Shown here piece by piece: positions 31,402 to 42,027 of a stretch of 64,000 nt of DNA (the first letter of the stretch is position 1; each line of letters opens with the position of its first letter). Source of the DNA: an uncultured Planctomycetota bacterium (GTDB lineage Bacteria > Planctomycetota > Planctomycetia > Isosphaerales > Isosphaeraceae). Where the stretch lies: NCBI GenBank assembly GCA_963845755.1, contig CAWJTV010000028.1, positions 32,001 to 96,000 of the forward strand, in the 5' to 3' direction. Made by a program: the position numbers and the translations under genes. Below the pieces are notes generated by a model, which saw only the letters and a list, made by a program, of their open reading frames with translations, ran no database searches and had not been told where the DNA came from.

Positions 31402-34400
31402 TCACTGGGGCTTCTCGGTCGCGCGCGGTTTCGCGGCGTTGCGTTTGAGCCGCAGGACCTCGCGAAGCTCGGCGATCGCCTCGTCTCCTTTCCCCAGTGC
31501 TTGCAAGGCCACGCCGAGGTTGCTGTGGGCCGAAGTGTCGGCCGGGTTGAGTTCAATCGCCTTGCGATACTCGACGATGGCTTCCGTCGGGTTCCCCAGG
31601 TACATCAGGGCGTTGCCGAGGTTGGTGTGGGCCATCCCGTCGTAGGGTTTCAGGCGGATTGCCGTGCGAAATTCGGCCTCGGCCGCCTTGTAGTCGTGCT
31701 GGAGATCGCAGAGGAGGGCACCAAGGCCGATGTGTGGGTCGATGAGCTCGGGCTCGAGGCGGATCGCCTCGCGGTACTCGGCAGCCGCCTGATCCGGCTT
31801 TCCCTGCAAGCGTAGGACGTGGCCGAGGAAAGTGTGCGATTCACCGGACCTGGGTTTCAGGCGGATCGCGGCGCGGAATTCCGCTTGGGCGGCCTTGTAG
31901 TCGTGCTTGACATCGCGGAGGAGTACGCCGAGGGTGTTGTGGGTCTCTGGGAAATCCGGCCCGAGTCGGGTTGCCTCGTGGCATTCGGCGATCGCCTCCT
32001 CAGGCTTACCCAGGTCGTGCAATGCGATCCCCAGCGCGGCGTGGGCCATACCGGAGGTGGGTTCCAGGCGGACCGCCTCTTTGGCTTCGGTGTGTGCCTG
32101 CTCGAAATTGCCCCGTTCTCGCAAGACGGACGCCAGGTTGAGGTGGGGATTGATATAGTCGGGTTTGAGGCGGAGTGCCTCGCGGTACGCGGCGATCGCC
32201 TCGTCATTCTGCCCGCGGGCATGGAGGGCCAAGCCGAGCGTGTTGTGGGCGTAGGCGAGTTCCGGCCTGAGGCGGATCGCCTCACGGCATTCGGCGATCG
32301 CTTCGGGCAGATGGCCCTGGTCCATCAGGGCGATGCCGAGCGAGTTGCGGGCGTAGGCAAATTCGGGCCTGAGGCGGATCGCCTCGCGGAGCTCGACGAT
32401 CGCCTCCGCCAACATCCCCTGGTCTTGCAGGATCATGCCGATTCGATGGTGATTGTCGGCGTTATCCGGCCTGAGCCGGACAGCCATCCGGATTTCGGCG
32501 ATCGCCTCGTCCAGCTTCCCCTGGTCCTGGAGGATGATGCCGAGCATTTCGTGGGCTTCGAGGTGATCGGGCCTGCGTTCGATCAGCCGCCGTAGGATTG
32601 CGGCGGCCCTGGTCAGTGCCGCCATCGAGCCCGGGCGGTCGCCCCTCTCCTTGAGCAGGCGACCGTAGCATCCCCAGTCGCGGCCATCGTCCGGGCGGAG
32701 CTGCACGAGGTCCCGGAAGACCGCGATTGCCTCGACCGACTCCCCTCGGGATTCCAGCAGATGGGCCAGGTCGTGCGCAGTGGCGGGCGCGAGGCGCGAG
32801 CGATCGAGTAATAGCGGAGCGCTTCGTCGCCGCGCAACTGCGCCTCCAGGAGACGTGCCAGGTCGTAGTTGAGCCAGACGTCGTCGGGGAATCGGCGCCG
32901 GCCGGCACGAAGGACCTCCTCGGCCGCCTTCGGCTCTTCCACGGCTGCCAGGGCCGTGCCCAGCAGGTTCAGATCGACAGCAGGCCCAGTCTCGCGACTC
33001 ATGGACGCGGCCAGGTCTCGCAGCGCCTTCGCGCGCGACGAGCGGTCGGCCAGGTCGAGTGCCCGGCGCAGGCCGACTCTCCAGGTGTCGCCGTCCGCGG
33101 CATTCGCCGCCTCGGATAGCCGTAGCGCACCGGGCCGATCATGACGAAGCGAGCGTCGCACCGAGGCCCAGTCGTCCAGCGCCGCGACCAGCGCGGAGGC
33201 CAACGTCGCGGGCCGAGCCTTGATCCGCGCCCCCACTTCGGCCGGCGGCAACGCCGCGATGTCAATCCCAGCCTCCTGGAACGCCGCGGAGTAATCCCGA
33301 TTGCTGATGGTGCCGTGAGGATCGTCCGACCTGGCCGAGCGGATGTTAACCAGCTTATCAAGGAGGATGCGGTTGGCCTCGGCGGCGCGGGCGGCCGACT
33401 CGGCTTCCGTCTTCTCCGCAGTGATGGCGGCCAGCAGAGACTCGACCTGGGTGCACAGGGCGGCATCGAGGCCGGGCTCGAGCAGATCGCGGGCCTTCTG
33501 CGCCGCGGCCTGCGCCTGGGTCCAGGTGATGAGGTCCCCCACCTTCGCCGATTTGGCCTGGCCCCTGAGCCCTGACGCCTCTTGCATGGCCGTGCTGATC
33601 TGGGTCGTCCTCGCCGTGATCCGCGACACCCGGTCACGCTCAACCCAGGTCCAGCCGGCGGCGCCGAGCGCACCGGCGATCAGGAGCGAGGCCGCCAGCC
33701 CGACGGTCATCCTCCGGGCCCGCCGCTCGGCCCGAGCTCGCCCGTCCGCGGCCATGGCCGCCGCCCGCGCTTCCGTGGCCCGCGCCTCTTCGGCCGAGCG
33801 GGCCCACTCAGCCGCCGCGGCCGTGGCCTTCGCTTCCTCGGCCCGCGCTTCCTCGGCGGCCCGCGCCAGCTCGGCCGCCCGCAGGCGCTCCTGCACACCG
33901 GCGAAGTACGCCGTCAGCCGCCGCGCCACCTCGCCCGCGTCATGCGGCCGATCGTCGGGATCGACTTCCAGGCATCGCCTCGCCAGGGAGACCAGCTCGG
34001 TGTCGGCGGCGCTGCCGTCGAGTCGCCGCAGGGCGTCGTCCGTCTCGCCGCGTCTGGCTTTGCTCAGGATCGCCTGGCGCGACTGGCCGGTATACGCCGC
34101 CCGGCCGGTGAGGATCTCGCACAGGATCGAGCCCAGCCCGAAGACGTCCGACCGCTCCGAGAGACCCTCGATCTCGCCGCGGGCCTGCTCGGGCGACATG
34201 TAAGCCGGCGTACCCATCACCGAACCGGGGCGCGAGGTTCCGGCATCCGAGCCGCTCCGCACCGTGCGGATGAGGCCGGGTTCGGTCTCCTTGGCGGAAT
34301 CCCGCAGCTCGTCGTCGCCCGCCACGGGCAAGATCTTGGCCAGTCCCCAGTCCATCACCTGGACCTCGCCGAACGATCCCACCATGATGTTCGACGGCTT

Positions 34401-35262
34401 CAGGTCGCGGTGGATCACGCCGCGGGCGTGCGCGTACGACATCGTCTGGCAGACCAGCTCGAAGATCCCAAGGAACCGCGGCCGATCGTGATCGGGAGCC
34501 TCACGGTCGGCCAGCAAAGCGGACAACGTTCGGCCTCGGACCAACTTCATCGTGAAGTAGGGCCGCCCGTCGTCGAACTGACCCAGTTCGTGGACGGGTA
34601 CGATGCCGGGGTGCTGGAGCTGTCCGCCGATTTGCGCCTCCTCGATGAAGCGACGCACCAGGTCGGGGTCGTCACGGTGCTCCTCGAGGAGGACTTTGAC
34701 GGCCAGGTCGCGGCCGAGGTCGGGGTCGCGGCCCTTGAGGACGGCGCCCATGCCGCCGTGGCCGATCTCGCCGAGAAGCTGGTAGCGACCGGCGGAGGTG
34801 GGCATCTCGGCGGAGCAGGGTCGGACCACCGCCGTCGCGTCGTAAGGCTCGGTCTCGCGGAGCAGGACGCGGGGGACGGAGCCGATCGTCCGGGACAGCG
34901 CGGCCAGGATGCTCGCCATCGGGGATGGGTCGAAGGTCGCCGGCCGCTCGCCCGGCGGGCTGCTCGGCGCCCCAGCTTGGTCGGAGAGGGCAGACAACCC
35001 TACCGAAAAGACGGCCGCGATCGCCGTGGCATGGTCGGGGAAGCGACGCAGATACTCGTCCGCGGCCGGTTCTTCCTGATCTCGTCGCCGTAGCTCGAGT
35101 TCGACGCGGAGAAGCTCCGCGAGGAGGGCGGGCCGACAGCGTCGATTCGGCCTCGGCCAGGTAGTCCTCGATACGCGGCCGCGGCCCTCGCTTCCACGCC
35201 CGCTCGAAGCCGTCTGCGATCTCGTTGATCCGGGTCCAGTCCGAATTGGGGATCTCGGCCAT
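31402..35262 (-). CDS. Ser/Thr protein kinase with TM segment and C-terminal TPRs (frameshifts near 35130, 34995, 32785)
   Basis: FERAW..G.RPRIEDYL N-terminus, GHGGMG, AVK, HRDLKPSN, DWG, GTPAYMSPE, TM helix, TPRs. Confidence 0.9.
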
Positions 35263-35441
35263 GGTCCGCCTCGTTACGTTGCGTCAGGAACCTCGTCCGG
35301 CCGAGCCGCGATCTTCAGGGAGTGGGGGCTTCGGCCAATGTCAACCGACTGGTCACCCAAGGTCGCCTCGCACCTTGCCGATCGTGGAGCCGCTCGCTGT
35401 ACGCAGCGCCCGGCGACCGGCGTCAACCGGCCGCCTTGCTC

Positions 35442-36060
35442 TCATAAGCCCCGAACATCAAACGACGTCCACTTGCTGCGGATGCGCTCCATCCGCCGCT
35501 CGACCGACCGCTCGGTGCAGTCGAGCTGATCGGCAATCTCGCGATTGGTGTAGCCTTCCAACCGCCAGAGCGCGATCCGGCGCAGCTCGGGGTCGGCCAG
35601 CGCCTCCAGTCGGCACTCCAGCGCCTCGTTGAGCAGGGCAGCTTCCGCGGGCGAGGGGCCGGCGGCATCCATTTGCTCGAGCGCCCACTGGACCGACTCC
35701 CCTTCGTCGGAGTCCGCGAATGTGTGTTCGCGGGTGATATCCCGCTTGTGAGACATTTGCCGATTGGCCGCGTTCCGCGCCTTTCGGAGCGTGATCGTCA
35801 CGAGCAGCTTCCAGAGCGCGTCCCGGTCCGCGAGGTCGAACTCGCCCCGCTGCTGCCGCTGACAGAAGCTCTTGTACATGCTCTGGAGTACGTCCTCCTC
35901 ATCCTCGCGGCGGCGGATGCGCCGGTTCAGGTTCTTGCGCCAGCATCAGGAGGTCAGGGAAATACCGCTGCCAGATCAATCGGGCTGCCAGTTCACGCTC
36001 CGCCGCATCATCGGACTGGAGGAGCTGGATCAACCGGGTGACCGAGCCGTCGCGAACCAT
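35442..36060 (-). CDS. ECF-type sigma factor (frameshift near 35938)
   Basis: GSVTRLI..L, IWQRYF, DEEDVLQSMYKSF, LWKLL..IT, RLEGYTNREIA..L.CTERSVERR. Confidence 0.9.
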
Positions 36061-36277
36061 CTTGCATGTCCCCCGATCGGATCGTGCCGGCGGACCTCCA
36101 GGAGCGTATTCGCCCCTCTTCGGGTTCCATCAACACCCCGACCGCCAGCCCGACAGCCGGCACCGAATTTTTCTCGGTTCGACCGGGACGGGTTGCCATT
36201 TCCCGGGACTCGTCAATGAGACCTGACACCCGAAATCGCATTATCCCACACGCCTGGCGCCGGCATAACCCTTAGAC

Positions 36278-36339
36278 GCTGTTTCAAGAAGGGGACAGGC
36301 ACCTCGAAGACTCGGAGCCAGTCCCGTTCTTGAAACAGT
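36278..36339. mobile_element. MITE/REP-like palindromic element, copy 2
   Basis: GCTGTTTCAAGAAGGGGACAGGCACCTCGAAGACTCGGAGCCAGTCCCGTTCTTGAAACAGT, the reverse complement of copy 1 with a few substitutions. Confidence 0.75.
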
Positions 36340-36584
36340 TTGTAAGAGATCTCGAATTCACCGAGATCCTGTGGGCTTGGACGGTCGAGTTTGGACTGCC
36401 TCTTCAGGTCGTCGGGCGAGCGGGTCGCGACTCAAAATCACGACGAGGTGTGACCGATCCTTCGGCCACATTCTCCAGACCTCGACGCCTACTGGACCGA
36501 ATGTCGCCCGGTGTGTCGGATTACGAGGCTTTCGCTGGGTCACCTGGCAAGGTCAGAAGACCTTGGCACGACGTGTAACGCAGG

Positions 36585-39500
36585 CTAATTCTGCGGAGCG
36601 CGGGCGAGCATTTGATGAAACTCGGGCAATGCCTGAAGGGGCTTCAAGTCCGGGTCCGAAGCCATCTCCGAGGCCGGGAATCCGGTCTTGAGGGCGCGGG
36701 CGAGCAGCTCCAGCGCATGGGGGAGTTGCCTGGCATCGGCGGACTTCTCTGCATAGAGGGCCACGGCGCAGCCGGCATTGTAAAGGCGCCCGGAAGTGGG
36801 ATTGGCGATGAGTCGGTCGACGTCGTCCAGGGCCGCCCGGTCGCCCAGCCGCGCCCGGACCAGGGCGCGGAGCTGGATCGCGTCGATCAGGTGAGGGTCC
36901 GAATCGAGCGCCGCGTTTAGGTGCGCGAGGGCCGATGGGAGGTCCCTTCCCCGGATCAAGAGCGCCATGCCGTAGTGGGCGGCGGCCTGTCGCGGATCCC
37001 CCTCGAGGACGCGCTCGAAGTCGCGCAGCGCTCCCTGTGGATCGGAATGAACCCGGGTCATCCCCCGCGCAACCTGGACCACTGGATCGTCCGGGTTGCG
37101 GGCGAGCAAGGCGGCGAAATCGCGTTCGGCCTCGGCCTGGCGACCGAGACGCGCGAGGGTCTCGCCGCGCGATGCCAGGACGCCCAGGTCTTTCCGGCCG
37201 AGCTCGACGGCCCGGGTCAGGTCGCGCAGAGCTTCCTCGAGCTGATTCAATTCCAGCTCGACGAGGGCCCGGTTGACCATCGCCTCCACGAATCGCGGGT
37301 CCAACTGGAGCGCGCGATCGTAGGCATTGCTGGCATCGTGCAGCCGCCCCGCTCGGGCCAGCGCCAGTCCGCGATTGAAGTGGGCCCAGGCAAAGTCCGG
37401 CCCTCGCGCGGAGCAGACCGCAAAATCGCCGGCTGCCTCGAGGTACCGCCCTTGCTTGTAGTGGCAGTGGCCCAGGATGAACCAGGTCCAGAAGGAGGTC
37501 ACGTCGAGACGGATGGCCTGTCGCAGCGCGTCCTCCGCGGCCGGCGCATCACCGGCGGCCAGCAGCGTGGTGCCGAGCAGGGTCCAGTCGTGGCAGGTCG
37601 AAGGCGCGGTCCGAGCCGCCTGGAGTCGGTCGCGATCGGCCCTGGCGGGCTCGCCGAGTGCATCGTAGTATCGCGATCGCTCGTCGAACAGCGCGGCCGG
37701 AGCCGGTCGGTCGAGGTTTTCCGCCCGATCGAGCCGGGCGATCGCTCGTTCAATCGCCCGCCGCCGATCGGCCTCCGATCCGTGTTTCTTCGCCCGGAGG
37801 ACCTGTGCCCGAGCCTCCAGCATGATGAGCTCGACGGCTTGCTGGCGCACGCGACCTTGCTCGTCTGCGGCCAGGCCGTGGATCCAGCCCGACAGGTGGG
37901 CCGGTCCATCGGCCGGCAAACCGAGGTCGATGAGGCATTCTCGGGCCTTGGCGACTCCGTCGGCGAGGTGCTCATCCGACGCACCCGCGGTATTGAGCAG
38001 GAACTGAGTCTGGGTGAAATCGCGATCGAACCTCTGGAGCTGGAATCGGACCGCGAGATTCCTCACTGCACCCATCGTGAAGACCACGGCCGTGCCCATC
38101 GCGACGAGGAGAACGAGGGAAATCAGCGCGATCGAGGTGGTGCCGCAGAGGCCGGGATGTCGCCTCGCGAACTTGCCCATACGTTCCCGATAACTCGGCT
38201 CGGGACAATGCTTCATGGGCCAGTCCTCGAGGAACCGGCGCAGGTCTTCGGCGAGATGCCGGGCACGCGCATAGCGGCGATCCGGCTGGAACTCCAGGCA
38301 CTTGGCCACCAGAGCATCCAGGCTCCAGGGGATCTGGGGACATCGCGCCCGGAGCGACGGCGCGCGTCGCCGGCTCTCGGTCAGGAAGGCAAGGGTCTCG
38401 AAGACGGTCGCACCCGATGGCGGGGCGGGAAACGGGGGCTCGCCGGCAAGCATCTCGAACAGGATGAGGCCGAGGGCATAAATGTCGGCCCGTTCGTCAA
38501 CCGATTCGGGAGAGGTCGTCCCGCGCGGGTCAAACGCGTCGAGGTGCTCGGGCGCCATGTAGGGCAGGGTGCCGCCGATCAGGGCGCGGCGGATCTCGCC
38601 CTCGGACGGCTCAGGTCGATTCTCCGCCGCCAGGTTGAAATCCAGCAACATCGGGGTGCCGTCGGCCGCCAGCAGGATGTTGGCCGGCTTGAGATCGCGG
38701 TGGAGCAACCCGCGCGAGTGGGCGTGGTCCAGCCCTTCAGCCAGGCGCGCGACGATCCAGACTGCCGCGTGGACGGCACTGGCCCGGCTCAAGAACTGGC
38801 GCGAGGGCTGGTGCTGATCGTCGTTGAGGTTGACCGAGGGTGGAACCGGACTCGCGGTCCCCGTTCCGACCAGCCGGTGAAACAGGGAGCGGAACCGGGA
38901 GACCGACCCGGAACGCTCGAGTCCTTCGGTCATCCGGCTCACCGCGTTTCCGTCCGGAGCGAACAGAAGGCCGTTTGAGATGTCCGATCGCGGTGGAGGC
39001 GTGCCCAGGATCGATCCGGTCCCCCCGCTCTGGGGCACCGGCTGGCTGAGGAGGTCCAGTGCCTCGACCAGGCTGCGACCGTGGTGATCGACCTGGTCGA
39101 GACCACCCGCGGCGTCGAGGACCTGGGCGAGGTTGGCACCGCCGAAATACGGCATGCACAGGATGCGTAGGCCGGTCTCCGGATCATCGCAGACGGAGTG
39201 GACGGGCACGATGTGGGTGTGCTGGAGACGGGCGAGGATCTGGGGTTCCGCGCCTTCCGGGCGCGAGACCTTGATGGCGACCAGCCGTTGCCCCAGGGGG
39301 ATCTCCTCGGCCAGGTAGACGCGCGCAAATGCGCCGCGACCCAGCTCCCGGAGGATCCGGAACCCCGCCAGCTCGTCTCCCGGAAGCGGGAGTCCGCCGA
39401 CGCTGCGCAACCGGCTACTTCCCTGCGCCGACTTCCGGGGTCGCACCGTCCGGGTCTCTTCGAACACCCGACCCTCGTTTGCCTCCGCCCCGCCACCATC

Positions 39501-39779
39501 TTCGCCGAGGCATCCCCCCAGCCCCATCGACGCGCCCGACCGAGATTGTTCCAGAACGAATCCGGAGTGCAACTCCACGCTTTCGTTCAAGGGAAGTTCC
39601 CGCGCGATGCCGGCCGAATGCCCGCTCGTAGGGTCCGTTGGCGGGACACCGAGAACCAGGTCTACCGAGGCGGACGATTTCGACAAGTCGAGATCGTCCG
39701 GGTCCTCGATGTTCCAACCGGCCAGCAAGTCGCGGGTCGAGTCCGGATTCGAGCGTTCCGTTCCACGGGTGTTGGACAT
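36585..39779 (-). CDS. Ser/Thr protein kinase with TM segment and TPRs
   Basis: LGRGAFARV, VAIK, HRDLKPAN, DFN, GTLPYMAPE, DIYALG; TPR C-terminus. Confidence 0.92.
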   Translation of the reverse strand: MSNTRGTERSNPDSTRDLLAGWNIEDPDDLDLSKSSASVDLVLGVPPTDPTSGHSAGIARELPLNESVELHSGFVLEQSRSGASMGLGGCLGEDGGGAEANEGRVFEETRTVRPRKSAQGSSRLRSVGGLPLPGDELAGFRILRELGRGAFARVYLAEEIPLGQRLVAIKVSRPEGAEPQILARLQHTHIVPVHSVCDDPETGLRILCMPYFGGANLAQVLDAAGGLDQVDHHGRSLVEALDLLSQPVPQSGGTGSILGTPPPRSDISNGLLFAPDGNAVSRMTEGLERSGSVSRFRSLFHRLVGTGTASPVPPSVNLNDDQHQPSRQFLSRASAVHAAVWIVARLAEGLDHAHSRGLLHRDLKPANILLAADGTPMLLDFNLAAENRPEPSEGEIRRALIGGTLPYMAPEHLDAFDPRGTTSPESVDERADIYALGLILFEMLAGEPPFPAPPSGATVFETLAFLTESRRRAPSLRARCPQIPWSLDALVAKCLEFQPDRRYARARHLAEDLRRFLEDWPMKHCPEPSYRERMGKFARRHPGLCGTTSIALISLVLLVAMGTAVVFTMGAVRNLAVRFQLQRFDRDFTQTQFLLNTAGASDEHLADGVAKARECLIDLGLPADGPAHLSGWIHGLAADEQGRVRQQAVELIMLEARAQVLRAKKHGSEADRRRAIERAIARLDRAENLDRPAPAALFDERSRYYDALGEPARADRDRLQAARTAPSTCHDWTLLGTTLLAAGDAPAAEDALRQAIRLDVTSFWTWFILGHCHYKQGRYLEAAGDFAVCSARGPDFAWAHFNRGLALARAGRLHDASNAYDRALQLDPRFVEAMVNRALVELELNQLEEALRDLTRAVELGRKDLGVLASRGETLARLGRQAEAERDFAALLARNPDDPVVQVARGMTRVHSDPQGALRDFERVLEGDPRQAAAHYGMALLIRGRDLPSALAHLNAALDSDPHLIDAIQLRALVRARLGDRAALDDVDRLIANPTSGRLYNAGCAVALYAEKSADARQLPHALELLARALKTGFPASEMASDPDLKPLQALPEFHQMLARAPQN

Positions 39780-40192
39780 ATTTCTCGATCGGGAATCGGG
39801 AATGAAACGGTTGCAACGAAACCGGGCGCTTTTGGGGCTCGATCCCAACCACTCCGGCGCCGACGCCGGACAAAAGGTGAGTGGCTAGGGTCGAATCCGG
39901 CTTCAGACGGCCGGTCCCAGGAGTGCCGGCGCTCGAGTGACCGCACAGAAACCACGCGCGGTTTCCAGGCGACAAACTCGAGATGCCTCGGAACTCCTCG
40001 TTCCGTTGTGGAAGGACGTGCCCGTATCTCCCTCTCGCGGAGGAAGACTCTACTTCTCTCTATGTCTCGGAACGAACTCTGTCCAGCAGATCGATGAATG
40101 TCCTGGCGATTCGCAGCGTGAGTGGCGCAGCGTCACTACGCGAATTCAATCGTGGCCTAGAATAGGGATAGGTACTCTCAAGAGGTGGGATC

Positions 40193-41350
40193 ATGCGAGT
40201 CGAGACCAGTCGGACGGCCGAAACGCAAGGCGTTGGCAGCGATTCGGGTACGATCACGGCTCCAAACCGGGGTGAAGAGAGCGAGCACGTCGTGATCGGC
40301 CGTCTCATTCGCCGACTCCGGATTTCGGACCCGCCAGATCGCTTCCAGGAACTGGCGACGACGGTATTGCGCTCGTCCCTGGGCGTGATGGCGGTGGCCT
40401 GGGTCCCCCGAGATCCCCACGAGCCGGTGATTGTCGGCGGATCGGTGGAGGGGCTGGACGCTCCGGCGTATCGGCTGGTGCCCGCGCCGACCGGCCGAGA
40501 GACGATCGTGGTTCACAACGAGATCGCGACCGGCCCATCGCGGTCGATCCACCCCAACATCGTCCGCTATGCCGCCGTCTCGGCCGGCGCGCTCGGTTGC
40601 TTGATCGCGGTCAATCCGCTCGACGACCGGCCGTTCCACCAGGACGAGGCCGAGCGCCTTCAGTATGTCGCCTCGTTGATCGAGACCCAGCTCGCCAACG
40701 CGAAGATTTATGGCGATCTCAAGGAGTTGCTTTTCGGGATCATCCGGGCCCTCACCGCCGCCATCGATGCCAAGGATCCCTACACGTCGGGCCATTCCGA
40801 GCGCGTGGCTCGGATCGCCGTCCGCCTGGCCGAGGAGCTCCGGATGCCGTCGCCGAAGCGGAGCGATCTCTATGTCGCCGGACTCCTCCACGACGTGGGC
40901 AAGATCGGCATCGAGGACGACGTCTTGAAGAAGGGCGGCCCGCTCACCCAGGACGAATTCCGCAAGATCCAATCGCACGTCGAGATCGGGGTGACGATCC
41001 TCAAGGACCTCAAGAAGCTGCACCACATCCTGCCCGGAGTCCGCCACCATCACGAGAGTTACGACGGCAACGGATACCCGGACCGCCTGGCCGGTGATTC
41101 GATCCCGTACGAGGCCCGGATCCTGGCCGTCGCCGATTCCTATGACGCGATGTCCAGCAATCGACCTTATCGCCGACGCTTGAGCCTCATGCAAATCGAC
41201 GAGATCTTCCGCAAGGGGCGTGGGCAGCAATGGGACCCCGCGGTCGTCGACGCCCTCTTCGCCTGCCGGCGCGACCTCGAGGCCATCCGGCAGAAGGGAC
41301 TGGGTGAGAGCCTCATCGGAGCGGTCAACGTCGCTCTCGGTCGAACTTGA
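40193..41350 (+). CDS. HD-GYP domain phosphodiesterase with GAF-like N-terminus
   Basis: DAKDPYTSGHSERV, LHDVGKIG, HHESYDGNGYP, ILAVADSYDAM. Confidence 0.93.
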   Translation: MRVETSRTAETQGVGSDSGTITAPNRGEESEHVVIGRLIRRLRISDPPDRFQELATTVLRSSLGVMAVAWVPRDPHEPVIVGGSVEGLDAPAYRLVPAPTGRETIVVHNEIATGPSRSIHPNIVRYAAVSAGALGCLIAVNPLDDRPFHQDEAERLQYVASLIETQLANAKIYGDLKELLFGIIRALTAAIDAKDPYTSGHSERVARIAVRLAEELRMPSPKRSDLYVAGLLHDVGKIGIEDDVLKKGGPLTQDEFRKIQSHVEIGVTILKDLKKLHHILPGVRHHHESYDGNGYPDRLAGDSIPYEARILAVADSYDAMSSNRPYRRRLSLMQIDEIFRKGRGQQWDPAVVDALFACRRDLEAIRQKGLGESLIGAVNVALGRT

Positions 41351-41376
41351 ATCGAACGGGAGATCGGCCCTGTGAA

Positions 41377-41852
41377 TCACTTCATCGCGCGTATAATCGG
41401 TCGGCTCGAGGAACACCGACTCCACCTGCTTGACCAGTTTCCCGTTCTTGTGGCTTTCCGCGTAGACCTTCTGCCACTCAGGGTCCTTCCCGAACGCTTC
41501 CCACGTCTTCTTGGCGGCCTCGCGACTGGGAAACGCGACCAGGTAGATCAGCTTCGCGCCCTTGCCGTCCTTCTCATCCGTGGGGGTCCAGAACCCGATT
41601 AGCTCCGCGCCGTGCTTCTTGAGCAACTGGCAGGTATGGTCGCGGAATCGCTTGTGCAGGTCGGTCAACTTGCCTTCGTTGAGGTGGTAGGTCCGAAGTT
41701 CGAAGACGCGTCTTGCGCCGGTGGAATCCTGCCCGCCGCAGCACGTGCACGCCTTTTCCTTGGCCGTCGGGGACTTGGCGGGATTTGTCGTCGGCACGAG
41801 CCGGCACCATGCAAGCCACCAGCACTAAGCCCGTCATCATGTGGCGAATCAT
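41377..41852 (-). CDS. Exported NIPSNAP family protein (frameshifts near 41785 and 41388)
   Basis: Signal peptide ..VPARA|DD; VFELRTY, GKL..LHKRFRDHT, LIYL, F.KDPEW, FLEPTDY. Confidence 0.85.
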
Positions 41853-42027
41853 GGGTGCGATGCTCCGTGTGATTGTGTCGGCAGTTTGACCAAGAACCGA
41901 TCTCGTTTCGGTTATAACGCCTCGTGAGATGCTGCTCAAGCGCCGGGTAATTCGTAGGGATAACGGGATGACGTCACTAAACCCATACACTCTGACACGC
42001 GGCTCCCGTGGATTTCGGTTCTCGAAG

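Noticed and set aside
36921..38978. 685 aa plus-strand ORF and similar long antisense ORFs
   Set aside because: Shadow ORFs of real genes, expected in high-GC DNA
40178..41797. 539 aa NIPSNAP ORF overlapping the HD-GYP gene
   Set aside because: Read-through from a frameshift near 41388; the remainder is the antisense shadow of the HD-GYP gene
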